Assembly: GCF_009914755.1 (NCBI RefSeq)
Contig: NC_060927.1
Reading direction: 5' to 3' (one strand)
Source of the DNA: the human T2T-CHM13v2.0 reference genome, Homo sapiens
Length of the DNA stretch: 64,000 bases
Below are positions 13,199-27,407 of the stretch, one piece after another. Each line of letters starts with the position of its first letter. Position 1 is the stretch's first letter. The position numbers were made by a program, and so were the translations under genes. Under the pieces are notes generated by a model. It ran no database searches. It saw only the letters and a list, made by a program, of their open reading frames with translations, and was not told the DNA's origin.

Positions 13199-16100
13199 GT
13201 GAATTTACTTCTTAATTCTGTTTTTTCCCTTGGAGACTCTTCCCATCTTCTGCCGTGGGCTCTCTGCATCTTGTGACATCCAGCAATACATCTCAAGCAG
13301 GGAAACTTTTTTTCCAACCAGTACCAATAAATCAGACTCAGAATTTGCTATATCCTATGTATCAGCCAGGCGAATTTAAAACTCTAAGACCAAGGGACAC
13401 AGGTTATCACCAGCTTTGTTAGATAGATAAGGGAGGATCACAGAGACGACTTGTAACATTGCCTAAGGCAATAGTAGTTCTGACTCTAGATCTCTGATAC
13501 TTCAATGGAGAGTCCAAATAGACAATCCAAATCCAGGAGAAACAATCTTCAGCATTTTATACAATTTCTCCTACACGCTGAAAGATCCCCATGCTGTGTA
13601 ACAGGTCTTGATTTATTCTGTTATGGTTCCTTAAAAGTGTTCTTTTGCTAGCTCACTTTCTTAAGATTTTAGCAGTGTATATACAGATGAAGCATTTTAG
13701 CTTTGCTAATTGTTGTCAACACAGGTTGTATCTTAGAACCATACTAAGACATGATCATTTTTAATAGTACAGTTTTATGATAATACTATCTAAAAAAGGA
13801 ATTTTTTAAAAACCATCTACTATTTTATCACTTCAGCAAATTAAACATTTCTATTTTTCTGTTCCTTTTCAAAATCTTGCTAAATGCTTGCATAGTATTT
13901 GCATATCTGTAATCACAGCACTGATAAAATTATATTACTTAAATGGATTGTATATTCATTTTTCTGAATTTGCCACAGAGTAATCATTTTAATTACTGTA
14001 TGTAATATTGTACTATGTAGATTTGCCAGAATATTATAAACCCAAACTTTTATGTTGAATTGTAGGTGAATTATATACTCTTTTTGCTATTATTAACAAA
14101 TCTATAGTCGTCATCTATATACATTTGTACATTTTTGTTGTTTTACAAATTTTCTTTTGGAGATATTCCCAGACATGTTTGCTGTGTCAGAGGATAAGGA
14201 TATATTTATGTCTATAGCATAATCAAATTTTTGCTCTTTTACATATGTCATAGTAAAACCTTCCTGAGCAGAATGCTGCTAATTTAAAATTTAGATTATT
14301 ATCCTAGAAAATGATTACTTTAAAAAACAATATTATTCTAAATGTTAATACTAACATCATAACCATTATAACCACAAATAGAATAAATTAAACATCAATA
14401 AGGCAAATTTATTGCCTAAATTTAGAACTTAAGAAAGTTACTTATGTATACTTCTTGTTAATTTAAAATAGACCTTACCTATTTTTTAGAGTGGCTTTCC
14501 AATATTTTTGACCACTAGCTATAATAAAAGTACTATTTATGTGGCATTGTACATTGCGTACATACATATACAAAGACATGCAAGTATCTATAAGGTGAAT
14601 CCTAAAATTTCATAAAACAATACTTGTTCATATTACATGCAGTGAAATCTGATATATTCCATGTCGTTCCATTGCCTTTTATTCTATTTCAGAGTCATCT
14701 ATGTTTTTTTCGTTCCTTCTTTATTTTCTTAAGCTGGCTGTAGCCCACTAAATTGTTTTCATGATCTCAATCAGCAGAGTGAAAAATCATCTTTTAAAGC
14801 AGCCTTGACAATACCTAAGCTTAAAAATGGTTTACTAACATTGAATTCAATTTGTACAATCTTTTAACTTCGAACTTGGAACCAGTTTCAGCAAACAATG
14901 TCTCTGCCAGTAGTAGCAGTCATGAGAAATACACGGACTTAAGGAAATCAACCTGTTGTTTCGTGAACAACAGTTTCAAAGAAACCACAATCTATCTTTG
15001 TTTTCTCGTTTGTTTGTTAGCTACAGCCTGATTTTTGGTTCAGTCATTTATACAAGTTGTGCCAAAACCTAAACTGTATGATTGGCATACAGCAGTATTT
15101 AATTTGGTGGATTAATTTCTTCTCTGGAATGGATGCATCTAATTTCTGAGGAAAACCTCAAATGACATGTCCTTACTGAGAGATGGCATGCCAAAGTGGC
15201 TTGTGGTACCTGACATAAATAGAGCTGTGAAGCATGTTTGCTGACCACGAATGAACAGGTTGTAAAGGGAAGCACGTGCAAGGGTGCTTTTAAGAGTAGA
15301 CTGGGCAGGGTCTTGAACCCCTAAACCCACCTGGAACTCAAAGACACAGATTTCATTCATTAATTCTGTCACTATCCACTATTCTACTAGAATCTATAAT
15401 GAACATCGCCTAAACTGCTAAAAAAAATAATATGCGAAGGAAGACTTTCATTTTTTATAATACTTAAAATAGGATTACTCCTCTTAGACTTCTTTATACC
15501 CATACATTGCTTCACGGCTCAGAGACATTGCTGGAACACGAGAGTTAAGAGCCTTTACGTTGTGTTCAAGAAATTTTAGAGTGTCAGTTTGTTTTTTCAC
15601 AGTTTCCACCAAAAGCAATCCTCTTACATACCTAGAATATATTTTACTGTGGTATATCTCAGTATTATCCCCATATAGTTAGTTAGATTCATCCTTGTTT
15701 GCTGTTTTATTTCATCATCTCACTTTTAATCCATTATCTTATGGTACATTATTTTTCTTGTACATCATGAAAATGTACACTGCAGCTGAAATATGAATTT
15801 TTGTATGTAATTATTGCTCAGCTTTTTTGAGAACAAGGAAGATACAATATGAAATAAATTACTACTTTTCCCTTTTGGTATGATTTTAAATTTGCTTTTA
15901 GAACAAATTATTATGATGGTTTTCTATTCTGAATCTAAATAGCCTTTTTTTCCATAAGAGTTGAATTAATAAATTTGTTATAGCTTTGCTTCATGGAACT
16001 TTAACAAACATCAAGGTTATATTTCTGTCTAATCCCTTCATCATTCTGTTGTCCTATTTATGATTTTTTTCTTTTATTTTTCCACTATGGAGCCCACAGT

Positions 16101-16241
16101 CTGAAACCGAAGCATACTATTACAACTTTGTCTTCATTTTTATTTTAAATTTGTCTTATTTAAGACAGCTTTATGTTATTTATTCTTAATGGAAAATGCA
16201 CTGAGGAGAACTTTTTTTATTTGCTTTTTTAAAGAATTACA

Positions 16242-16308
16242 ATTGTGCCACTGTACTCCAGCCTGGGCAACAGAGCAAGACTCCGTCTCAAAAAATAATA
16301 ATAATAAA
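16242..16308 (+). mobile_element. Extremely 5'-truncated Alu insertion (about 48 nt of body plus tail)
   Basis: attgtgccactgtactccagcctgggcaacagagcaagactccgtctc followed by an A/AAT tail. TSD aaagaattaca at 16231-16241 and 16309-16319. Confidence 0.9.
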
Positions 16309-18999
16309 AAAGAATTACAGGTGCTTTTTACATTTATGCTGTCCTCAATAAATGTTCTTCAGATCATTTGTCCTGTTCTCTGATTTATAATTCCTAAGAG
16401 GACACTTTAGGAGGCATACATGGGAGGCAATGTAATATGGATAAGCTACAGTTAGGGATGATATAACTCAGGATTGTAGTTTTCCTTTGAAGGTGGGTCA
16501 TACAACTTAACCTTTGCTCACTTTTTCTCCATCCATAAGATGGACATGCATTACCTTGTTTATACTTTTTAGGAATATTTTATAAATGAATAAACATATT
16601 TATCAATAAATGCTTTGAGTTATTTAAAGACACTGTAACCATATCATTTACTTAGTAATAGCAAAAATAGGGGGTTGTGTAATGTCAAGTACTTATTTGA
16701 ATTTGTTATGTTTTCAAAAATGGTCCATGTTTCACTAGACTTAGACTATACTATTAAATCATAGAAGTCTGTGTATATGTTAGGGAAAGGCGTGGGGAGA
16801 GAAAAGGAAAAGAGAAAACATACCTTCACTGTGTCCCTTGTAAGTATAGTTTGTCAGGTAACCCTCCTAACAGGCCTAGGGGATAGATATTATTACCTCC
16901 CTGTTGTAGAGGAGAAAAATATAGCTGAAAGAGGCAAAATAACTTGCCTGAACTTATAATCAATATGTGACTGAGCTAGGATTTGAACTCAGCTACAAAA
17001 CTCAGCTTTACAGGTCACCACTCAGTTTCTCAGCTTTCAGATTCCTGCTTTGGAAACATGTTAGCAATTAAAATAGAAAAGGGCAGGGATAATTTAATTA
17101 AAATACTTAATTTATAATGTTAGCCAAATAGATTTTTTTTTTAGCTTCCCTCAATATTTCCATTACTGCTTTAGTTGCAGTTTTGGATTATTTCTTATTT
17201 TATCTTGCTGATTTGTCCAACTCTAGTTCCTGGACTCACAAAAATATACTTGCTAAAGATGCGTTAAAGTGCATGACCTATACTGCAATTTCTCTACATA
17301 GTTATTTATGTGCTTAAAATGGCCATCTTGGAGAGTGCCTGAAGGTTGAGCTAGAGGAGGGTGATGGAAGGAGGGGTGATTCAACAGAGTCAGGGAAATT
17401 CCAGATGACATGGGTTGCCAGATTTCCTGCTGGCCTTTCACTGCCAAACTCCACCTCCTGCTCTTCTTACACAGCTGTGTGCTTCATTAAATAGTGATGT
17501 CTACAAATCACAGCAGTGTTAAAAAATGCAGAGCAGGGGGAATTCCTGTGCACTGACTGCTGCCAAGTTCCTAGAGTTTTAACAGCACACTCATCAAACT
17601 GCCTCTCTCTTCTCCAAAAACTATAAATAAGTTCAATATCAAGAGTGTTTTCATCAATTATAATGCCTCTCTGTTCTCTTGGAGAGTTGGGAATAGTATA
17701 TAGACACATTGGTTACAGTGCCCATGTCTAAGGCAATATGGTAGGGGTCATCTGTTGTCAGAGATAAGACTTTTGACCTTGATGTTGCCACTGTTCTTCC
17801 AGTTGAGCCAGGAACCATTACTTAATCATTTACAGCATAGATTTTCCCATCTACAATTTGCTTTTCAGAAACCAGCCTTGTGGAATTTAGGCCAAGAACC
17901 TGGTTGCTACTGCTCAGAGTAGGTATAGGAGAGGTATGCATTTAATTCAACAATTCCTCTTGAGGGTTTCTGTGTACAAGGTCCTGTGCTGGGTGAGGTT
18001 CTACCTCATCTTTAGCAAGTATATTTTTGTGTTTACAATGACAACATTAGTAAGACAAGGCTGCTAATACATTCATAGTACCCGTGTGAGGTGAGTGCTG
18101 ATGAGTGGTCCACTAGAGTTGTTAAAAAGTGCCACAGGAACGTGGGGAAAAAAATATAAATTTTACCTGGAGGATTGGAGACATTTCAAGGAGGAAGTAA
18201 CATTGGCTCCAGGCTTTAAAGAAGAGAGGGGTTTAATAGATAAATCTGGAAGTACTCCAGATAGAGGGAAGAATGCAAACAAACGGGTAGAGAACGGAGA
18301 AATTCAGTGAATTGTCAGAATAGTGTCTTGCCTTGTGTTGTAGCAGTACCATAATGACTGACAGCCTACAGTACTCTGACAATTTAAAAAATATAACCTG
18401 TTTTCTTTCATGTGGGTATAATGTCTCCAGTTAGGCCTATCCACTTTTTATGATCTTATACCAGCTGGATCCTTACACTGATGTATGGGCTTGAGCAAAG
18501 AATATAAGGCGGAGATAGGTAGGCTGATGGAACTTCCGTGATAGGAAGCTGTCATGTTGGTTTGGTGGATGGACAGAGGAAGAGCAAAAGCATGAAGGAG
18601 AAAAGTGGAAGAAGTGTGGAGGCCACTTGAAGAAAAGTAGTAGCTAAATGGTAGGCAGGACTCGAGTCAACTTTCTTCTGGAAAGTTTCAGGACTGAATC
18701 TGGAAAAGGAAAACACAGAACAATTAAAATTGATGTGCATTTATTGAGCACATACCTTGCACAAACACTACAATAGGCACCGTGGTAGACACTGAGATAC
18801 AATAATGCATTTCCCTGTCCTCACTTACGAGGACAGGAAACAGACACGTAAACAACTAACTACTGCACAAGGTAGAATTCAGTCACAGAGGTCAGTTTGT
18901 CACAGAAATATGGAAGAAGACATTTTTGATTGGAGAGGAATAAGAAAGTTTTCTGAAATATTCTGAGGTAAGAAGTGAAGATTAGCTAGGTTATTAATA

Positions 19000-19365
19000 A
19001 GTCTTAGTCCACTAGGAGTGCTGTAACAAAATACCATAAACTGGGTAACTTACAAACAATAGAAATTCTCATGGTCCTGGAGGCTGGAAAGTCTTAGATC
19101 AAGGCACTGGTGGATTCCGTCTGATGAGCACCAGCTTTTTCATAGGTGGCACCTTCTTGTTTTGTCCTCACATGGTGGAAAGGGCACACAGCAGCTCTTT
19201 GAGGCCTTTTTTACAAGAGCACTAATCCCATTCATGAGGAGAGGCAGTAATGATTTAATCACCTCCTCAAAACCCCACCTCTTACTATCATTACCTTGGG
19301 GGTTAGGTTTCAACATATAGATTTGGTGGGGTGAGGGTGGGGACACAATTATTCAGATCACAGCA
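19000..19365 (-). mobile_element. MLT1A/MST-type MaLR solo LTR
   Basis: gtcttagtcc...gctgtaacaaaataccataaactgggt...ggaggctggaaagtc...gggttaggtttcaacata...attcagatcacagca. Confidence 0.85.
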
Positions 19366-20400
19366 ATAAGAAGACAAATATGGAAAGGTGTTTCAGATTG
19401 AAAGACAGAGTAGGCAAAGAGAAAGGTTATAAAATGCAAGGACTATTTCAGAAATGAAGGTAGGATTATGAATTATGTTTTATTATGAGATGAGTTTAAG
19501 CTCAGATCATTAGGTGTCTTCAGAACCATGCCATTGAGTTTGGGCTTTGATCTTGAGAGGGAGCCATTGAAAATATCTGAGATGTCAAGTGACATGGGGA
19601 CATCTGTTTTTGGACTTAGGGGTGCTGGGAAATTCCACTATTGCCACATCTTAAACCTCTAAGAAAGAGCTAGGTTTGCCTGGGAATTCTCCCAGACCAC
19701 CACAGCACAGACAGAGAGGTCAGATTGGATTTCCTGATTATTTGGCTTATGGTCAGATAGATTGAGATGCAAAAACCTCAAAATAGGCTTTATGGCCACT
19801 TCATCTCCATTTGTACCCCTGCCTTTGGGCTTTATAGCATTCTGTTTATTCTGTGTATTTCTGACACTTAACACACTGCCTGGCAAGTAACTACTCAGTA
19901 AATGTTTACTGAATGAATGGACAAACTACTAACTTGTTTCAACAGTGGGGAAGAGGCCAATTATCAGAGCTTGAGTAAACAATCTACACATGAGCATCTG
20001 GTTTTGAGCTGACAGACAACTAGCCTTTGATACCATCCTCTGGTCCTTGAGTTTTTGGATAAATACTTCATTTTCCTGAGCTGAGTTCTTTTCATTTGAA
20101 ACGAGTTCATCTTATTCCAAACGTTTAGGGGGTAATCTCAAATGTACTTCATCTCCAATGAACTGATCCAGTTTTAACTTCAGAAAGTCAAGCTTCACAT
20201 CTCCCAAATTTATTTGATTTTTGAATTTTGAAAAGATTAGAGACTGAAGCCTGCATAAAATAACAAAAGTAATTCAAAAAAGTGTTATATATACCATAGT
20301 TGAACAATTAAATTACAAGTTCAAGTCTAATCCAACTTTTTAACTTATAACATTATATTAGGTGTATATTCTGTGAATAACTTTATATCCCTCTTCATAA

Positions 20401-20458
20401 TTATAATTGATGCTTTTATAAATTTTATAATTGATGCTTTTATAACTTTTATAATTGA
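20401..20458. repeat. 24-bp tandem repeat, about 2.4 copies
   Basis: ttataattgatgcttttataa(a/c)tt x2 followed by ttataattga. Confidence 0.9.
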
Positions 20459-21589
20459 ATATTATTTCAATAAATAAGTCCATAATAATATAATAAAATA
20501 AGTAGCAAATCAATTTCTAAGTCTGAGAGGCTTTACAAATCACTAATTAGAAAATATATGATCAAGTGAAAAATTTTTTGTTCAGTATGGAAAGAGTGAT
20601 TAAAACCTGGTCTTCATTCTCTCCAAAGTACGGTTTTAATAGTTTCTGTTGATCCTTAACACATCTGAAACCTAAAAGCAATTTAGACAAAGTTGGATTT
20701 TCCAACTCTTCATTTTATATGTGGTATTCACAGATCCTCAGTGCCAAATGATTATCTGTAGATGAATTAAAGACACCCCGTAAGTGGAATTGTGTGTATG
20801 TGTATGTATGTGTGTGTGATGCAAAGCGTCACAGGACCCTCATAAGGTGGACTTTGGGAAAGGTACTATTAAACCTCTAAGAGTTCTGCCTTCAAGTTCT
20901 ATTATTCTCTGCCATGACTTTTGGGAAAGTGATCATGTTCCCGGTGTTCTGAAAGTTTAAAGAGACGTATGCAAAGAGATGAGGTTTTAGCAATCGCTCC
21001 AGAAATTATCCCATCACATAGTGTAGGCTCATTGCCTAAGAACAGAATATAACCGAGAATAATACAGAAATATCAATATCCAAGGACAAGTACCGAAAAA
21101 CAAATCTTGTTTTGACAGAGGTCTGTTAAAGTGTATGTTCGTACACCAATTATGCGGAAATTTTGAGAAGTTTCTTTTCTGTCCATCCTAGTAATGTTTG
21201 AGTGACTTGGTTGTGACTTAGAGGCCTCCTTTTCAAGACTGTATCTCTCACTGATGTACACCACAGTTTCTGATAGGTTTTCCTTGGCTGGAGATTATCC
21301 TTACATCTTTCCAAAATTCTCTCAAATATGAGAGGCCTGGTTTCTCAGGAGGGAGTATTGAAGAAGGGCATACATAAATGACAAAGAGTTAATTCAGCTT
21401 GCTTCTCAGAGTTAGAGTCATTGAACGTAAACACACACAGACATACATGTACACATTCATATAAAAAGCATCTCTTTTTTTTAAAGTGCTGTCTAAAAAG
21501 CAAAATAGAACAAAAATCCAAGAACTCAAAAATTCTACACAACCAGAGAAGCACTGGGAGAGAAACAGTACTGTACGTTCAGCAAACTG

Positions 21590-22020
21590 TTTTATTTTCC
21601 TCTTGCACGTAGTTAGCTATATTTTTCCAACCTCCCTTAAAGTTAGGCATGGGCATGTGACTTGGTTCTAACTAGTGCAATACAGGCAGGGTGCTTCATG
21701 CTGCTTCCAGATGTGGCCCTAAAATTACCATCTGACCCTTCACTTGCCCTCGTTTCCTCCCTTTCTCCTCCCTTCTCCTCTCCTCTCTTTATCATAGGCT
21801 GAATAGAGAGGACCCAGAAGAAATCTTTGAGGCCCTAGAGGACTGCTAAGCCACTAGATGGAAGGATTCTAGACCTCTTAGTCACCCTGAGTAGGAAAGT
21901 CACACAAGAGAGCTGCCAGAAGGGAAATATCTGTGTAAGATTTTGTGTGAGAAGGCTGATTATAGCATTTGTTTTGAAATTACGGCATTTGTTTTTTCCT
22001 GTGGTTATCTTTTAATCTAA
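21590..22020 (+). mobile_element. Old ERVL-MaLR LTR (MLT1-like)
   Basis: cctcccttaaagttaggcatgggcatgtgacttggttcta and gccactagatggaaggattct resemble old MLT1 LTR motifs. Strand and subfamily are uncertain. Confidence 0.6.
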
Positions 22021-22609
22021 AACAGGAAGCATTGAGGGTATGTTCTGATCACTTAGAAGAAGATAAGGTATAACATCCAGATTTGATCTCTCTAAGAATG
22101 TGCTACCTTTGCTATTCTAGGGAATATTCCATGATATAAACATTAAGACCTATTAGGTATATACATTTCAGCAAAAGATGATTGTAATTACAAACTGACA
22201 TTGATGGTAAATTACTCTATACCCTTAATAAGGTCACGGGTTGTGAGTCTGAAACCGTCTCTCTGGTGGTTTGGGACATAGCCACCATGGTATGTAAATC
22301 TGATGCTAAAAATTGGAGCAGCTAGCCATGTGAAGAATTTGGATACTGTACATAAACCACAATGAATCTTATTGTGGAATAGTAAAGATTTATCACTGTA
22401 TAAATTTCTGTGCAATGATTTGGTCTGTTTGTTTTTCTTTTGTTAGAAAAATCAAGAGACCATGAAATTGTTTGAGAAATAATTCTAAGTCTACGTGAGC
22501 ACTGAGGCTTCAGGAACTGAACCATGCTCTTCTGTGCCCATCCCTTAGCTCATTATTCTCAGAGGGATGTGGATTTCACTTTCAACCACTTTAGCTTAGA
22601 TAGTGATAA

Positions 22610-22820
22610 CAATTACCTACCATTTATTCAGTACTCACTACGTACTATACTAAAAACTATATACATCTCATTTACTCATACAGCGATATAGCACATTAAA
22701 TATTTTTATTCCTGTTCCACATATGAGGAAACTGAGGCTTAGAAAGTTTAAGCAACTTGGTTCAAGTCAAACATCTGTAATGTGGCAAAACCACATTTCT
22801 AAAAGTCATGTTCCTAATCA
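22610..22820 (-). mobile_element. MIR SINE
   Basis: atgaggaaactgaggcttagaaagtttaagcaacttg is the antisense MIR core. Confidence 0.8.
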
Positions 22821-23449
22821 GTGCTCAATGCATCCGTTACTGACCTTTGTATTCTTTATCTGTAATTGTATTAGATACCTCCCTTTTATGTATAATGTCC
22901 AATTTTATAAAATATATTTTTATTTACTCTTGAGTGAGATCAAACCCCAGGGGATAGCATATTTGTTCAGGGCCATTTTGTTTTAATGATTTTACACCAT
23001 AAAATTTGTTTAGATTCTTAGTCACTGGACTTTGTGGAAAGAATGTCATAATTTCTGTGCTGAATTTCATTTTTAAAAAGCCCTGGAAATGCTACTTCCA
23101 TGATCCCTTCCCTTTTAAAGAGAGAGAATTTGCCAATCATCTTTCTCACTCAGTCCCAACATTGGAATGGTGTCATTAGGAAAGGAAATTTTCAGCTTTC
23201 ACATCAGTAAACACAGTGGAGATGCAAGAAATCCATAGTTCTTACTCGGAAAGGACTGCGGAATTTTATGATATTCTGAATTTTATAGCCCAACATTTTT
23301 AAAGGAACCAAAATAAACAAACAGTTCCTCAGTTGCATTCTTTTTCCCCTTTGGCACTAGTCTATCTTATCTGAAATTTTTTCAGTTCATCTACTTCATG
23401 ATAAGCACTTTTCTTCTCCTAGGAAGAGCTATCAGAATCTCTTAGTATC

Positions 23450-23743
<294 letters not shown>

Positions 23744-24913
23744 TCTTAGTAACTTTCTATCTAATTCACACTATCAATTGCAACAACTGAAATATCAACA
23801 TACACGTATACGAACTAAACAAATATGTACACACACACACACACAGTGTTTGCTGTCCTAAAGCTGCTCCCATGTTTCAACATCTCTGAAATTAAAGAGT
23901 TATTATCACTATTTAATAACCTTTCCAACATGCAAACACATGCTTCATCTGGATCAATCACAGATAATTTCATAATAAATAATGTACTAAATATCATCTT
24001 CCACACTGATCAAGAGACCAGCTTGAGAGAGTGTGTCATGTAACTTTTGACAAACCCAATAACTTTGAATAATAATTTGCTTATTAGCTAAGATTTGGGA
24101 AGCTGACTGCTTCCAGAAGCATCTGGATGGGATAAGAAATGAGAACAGCTATACTGTTTTCATATAGCTATACTGAATTTGAATTTCTTTAAACTCAATA
24201 CACTAAAAATATGACCTCACAAGCCTGTAGGTCACAGATAAAATCTGAAATTAGGATTGTAGACATCCTGATTAAATGAAGTTGGTCTCATTAACCAAAA
24301 GTAATCATGCTTGTTCAGTCCCTAAGCTGCTTAATGCTTCTGCAAAATCTGGGAATTAGGCTTGAGGATATCTCTTCTGTGCTGCATAAGCCCTTTCCTT
24401 TAAAGCAGTTTTCTTTGTGTTCTTTTTTTCTTTTAGCTTGAAATTGGACCCAGCCTCCAAAAGTCAGTCTTTACCCTGAGCTTAGAAAGGGAAGACATAG
24501 AGTTAGTAGTAACAGGAAACATATTAAATGCAAGGGATAGAATTAAAGAATGTGTTAATGTGGAAAAATGAGAAACCTTGCTATATAATCCACTATTTCT
24601 GTCAGACTCCAAGAATCTAAAATGGAAAATTATTCAAGAAAGATAACAACATAAGAGAATGCGCTGATGGAGGAAGGTCTATATTGGAAAAACAAAAACA
24701 AATGCCAATCTTTACAGAGGGTAACCTACAAGGATATATCACAAGCATCTACAAGTGATGGATTTTGATTCCCAAGTGTGTGGAGAAAACTCCTAGGGAC
24801 AACTTTGCAGTGACCAGAAAGCCATGATTGAATAAGGGGACACATGTTCCTGGGATAGGAGTGATCTTGTGTTTATTTTGGAAAGAATTATTTAAAGGGA
24901 AAAATAAACCTGA

Positions 24914-25258
24914 TGTATTAGTTTGTTTTCACAGTGCTATAAAGGACTACCTGAGACTGGGTAATTTACAAACAAAAGAGGTTTGATTGACTCAGACAGA
25001 GTTTCACAAGACTGGGAAGACCTCAGGAAACTGACAACCATGACAGAAGGCAAAGGGGAAGGAAGGCGTGTTTTGCAGGGTGGCACGATGGGGGAACTAC
25101 CAAACACTTTTAAACCATCAGATCTTGTGAGCGGTCACTCACTGTCATGAGAATGGCATGGGGGAAACTGTCACCGTGATCCAATCACCTCCCATCAGAT
25201 CCCTCCCCTGACATGTGAGGACAAGATTTGGGTGGGGAGAGAGAGCCAAACCATATCA
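24914..25258 (-). mobile_element. THE1D/MSTA-type MaLR solo LTR
   Basis: TG...CA termini (tgtattagt...ccatatca) and a perfect 5-bp TSD cctga at 24909-24913 and 25259-25263. Confidence 0.93.
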
Positions 25259-26185
25259 CCTGAAAATACTGCATAAATAACATTTAGCAGGCTAAGTGTA
25301 AAGACCTTTATCACATCATTTAGAAATTCAATGTTTCAATTGTTAAAGAAACATGTAAACATATAATATTGTTAAGTTAGCCAACTAATATAAGTGATTC
25401 AGTTTTCCTTGGGGGTAGAGAACCTATACATGTAAGATGGGATTGTCATTTTTGGGAAAGGTGGAAAAAGATGGAAATTACTTTTGAGCTTTACTTTGAA
25501 TCATTTATCTAAAAAAACAAAAACAAAAAAACAATGTAGCCTATACTTTTGGAGAGGGGTATATTTAACAGAAATAAGAATATAAAGAATATGTGAAGAA
25601 CATAAAGAATACTTCGGAATATGAATGTCTCTAGCTCTTTGTGAGGAGCTCTGACATCTCTCAGACATAACTGAATGAAAAAGCACAAATTTCTCGGTTG
25701 CCGTAATTGAAGTGTAGGGTAAGAGGAAAATAGCAGCAAGAACAAAACTCACAGATGCAGACAAGGACAAAAGCCATAGACGCACGAAGGAAAAACCTGC
25801 CCACAGAAAAACGGTGTTCTCGGTTTGGTAAAAGTGAGAGAACTTGTTCTTTGGGAAGCCAGGCAGCTCCTAGCAATCACAACTTTCTTTTGTACATACT
25901 CAGATCATTTATTTTAAAACGAATCGGTAGCCTTTTTTGAAAATACTCAAACTTGTCCTTAGTTATAAGCTTCCTAATCTGCGCTTGCAGAGTCCATGAT
26001 GCTCAGTTGGCTCTCCTTGATTATGTGCCCATATTCACTCTTTCATATCTATTCTTTTTGCATCCGATGTATCAGAAATCTGTTTATTCCTCCAGATTTC
26101 TTTTGTAAAGTTCTACCTGACCAATCAACACATCTAGTCCCTCCATTTTATGGCATTATCATGCCATAAAATGTTATCTTCGAGT

Positions 26186-26383
26186 CTAGTCCAGCAAAGT
26201 TTTTCTGTAAAAAAATCAGATTGAATATTTTCAGCTTTGCAGGCCATGCGGTCTCTGTCACAGCTACTCAGCTCTGCCGTCGCAGGTTGAAAGCAGTCAT
26301 AGACTACACCTAAACAAATGAGCATGGCTTAAACACGCTGCAAAAACAGATGAGAGTATGTGGGTAGCAGTTTGTAGATCCCT
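26186..26383 (+). mobile_element. MER58A-like hAT-Charlie MITE
   Basis: ctttgcaggccatgcggtctctgtcacagctactcagctctgcc...aaagcagtcatagac. Similar to the copy at 33516. Confidence 0.8.
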
Positions 26384-27125
26384 ATTTCAGAGAGTCTTCT
26401 GTTTTTCTTGAGCCAGATCTCCTTCGTGAGCGCTTTTCTTTGGAATTATGCTCCTCTTTTTCTCTATGAACTTTAAAAAGCAAATTTCTTTCTTGAAATG
26501 TAGATAAAGCCTGGGTTTGTCCTCTAAGTACTGCATTTGAGAAGCATTGAACAATCACATAAACCTTAAAAGGATTTTTATTCATTTAATCTCATTTATT
26601 CTGTTTCTAAAAGGATATTAAAGAAGATCCAGTTAGTAATCTTCAGTAGCAATTTTCACTGTTTACTCTTCTCTCCTGCCTTCACAAGCTACAATCTATT
26701 CATTTTTCCTCTGCCAAACCCTGTCTCAAATTCTTGCCCCCAGCAAGCTCGGCCCACAAGGTTTTCATTTTTTCCACGCCACCTCTATCTCAGAGCTCTT
26801 TGTTTTGTAGGTAGACTAAAGCATCATTGCTAAATTTGTTCATCTGTCTTCTCCCTCCATCATTCTCAGATACAGAAATCAAAGAACCAGGCCAAGGAGG
26901 AAGAATCATTGAAGGGAAGATCAAAGCTTGTGAACACTCCTGATTTTAAATGTTTATCCTGTTAAATATTATTTTTATTATCGTTATTGGCTTAAGTATA
27001 TTTCATTTACTTGTGAAAAAACTTCTCATACATTGTACATAGAATGTTCTCATTAGACAAGGCCTTAAAGACCATCCTGTCTCCAATAACTTTAGATAGT
27101 GCATCTCTTCCATTAAAGAAGACTG

Positions 27126-27407
<282 letters not shown>

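Noticed and set aside
18814-18837. 9-bp hairpin cctgtcctc/gaggacagg
   Set aside because: Short, inside L2-like sequence, and expected by chance in 64 kb.
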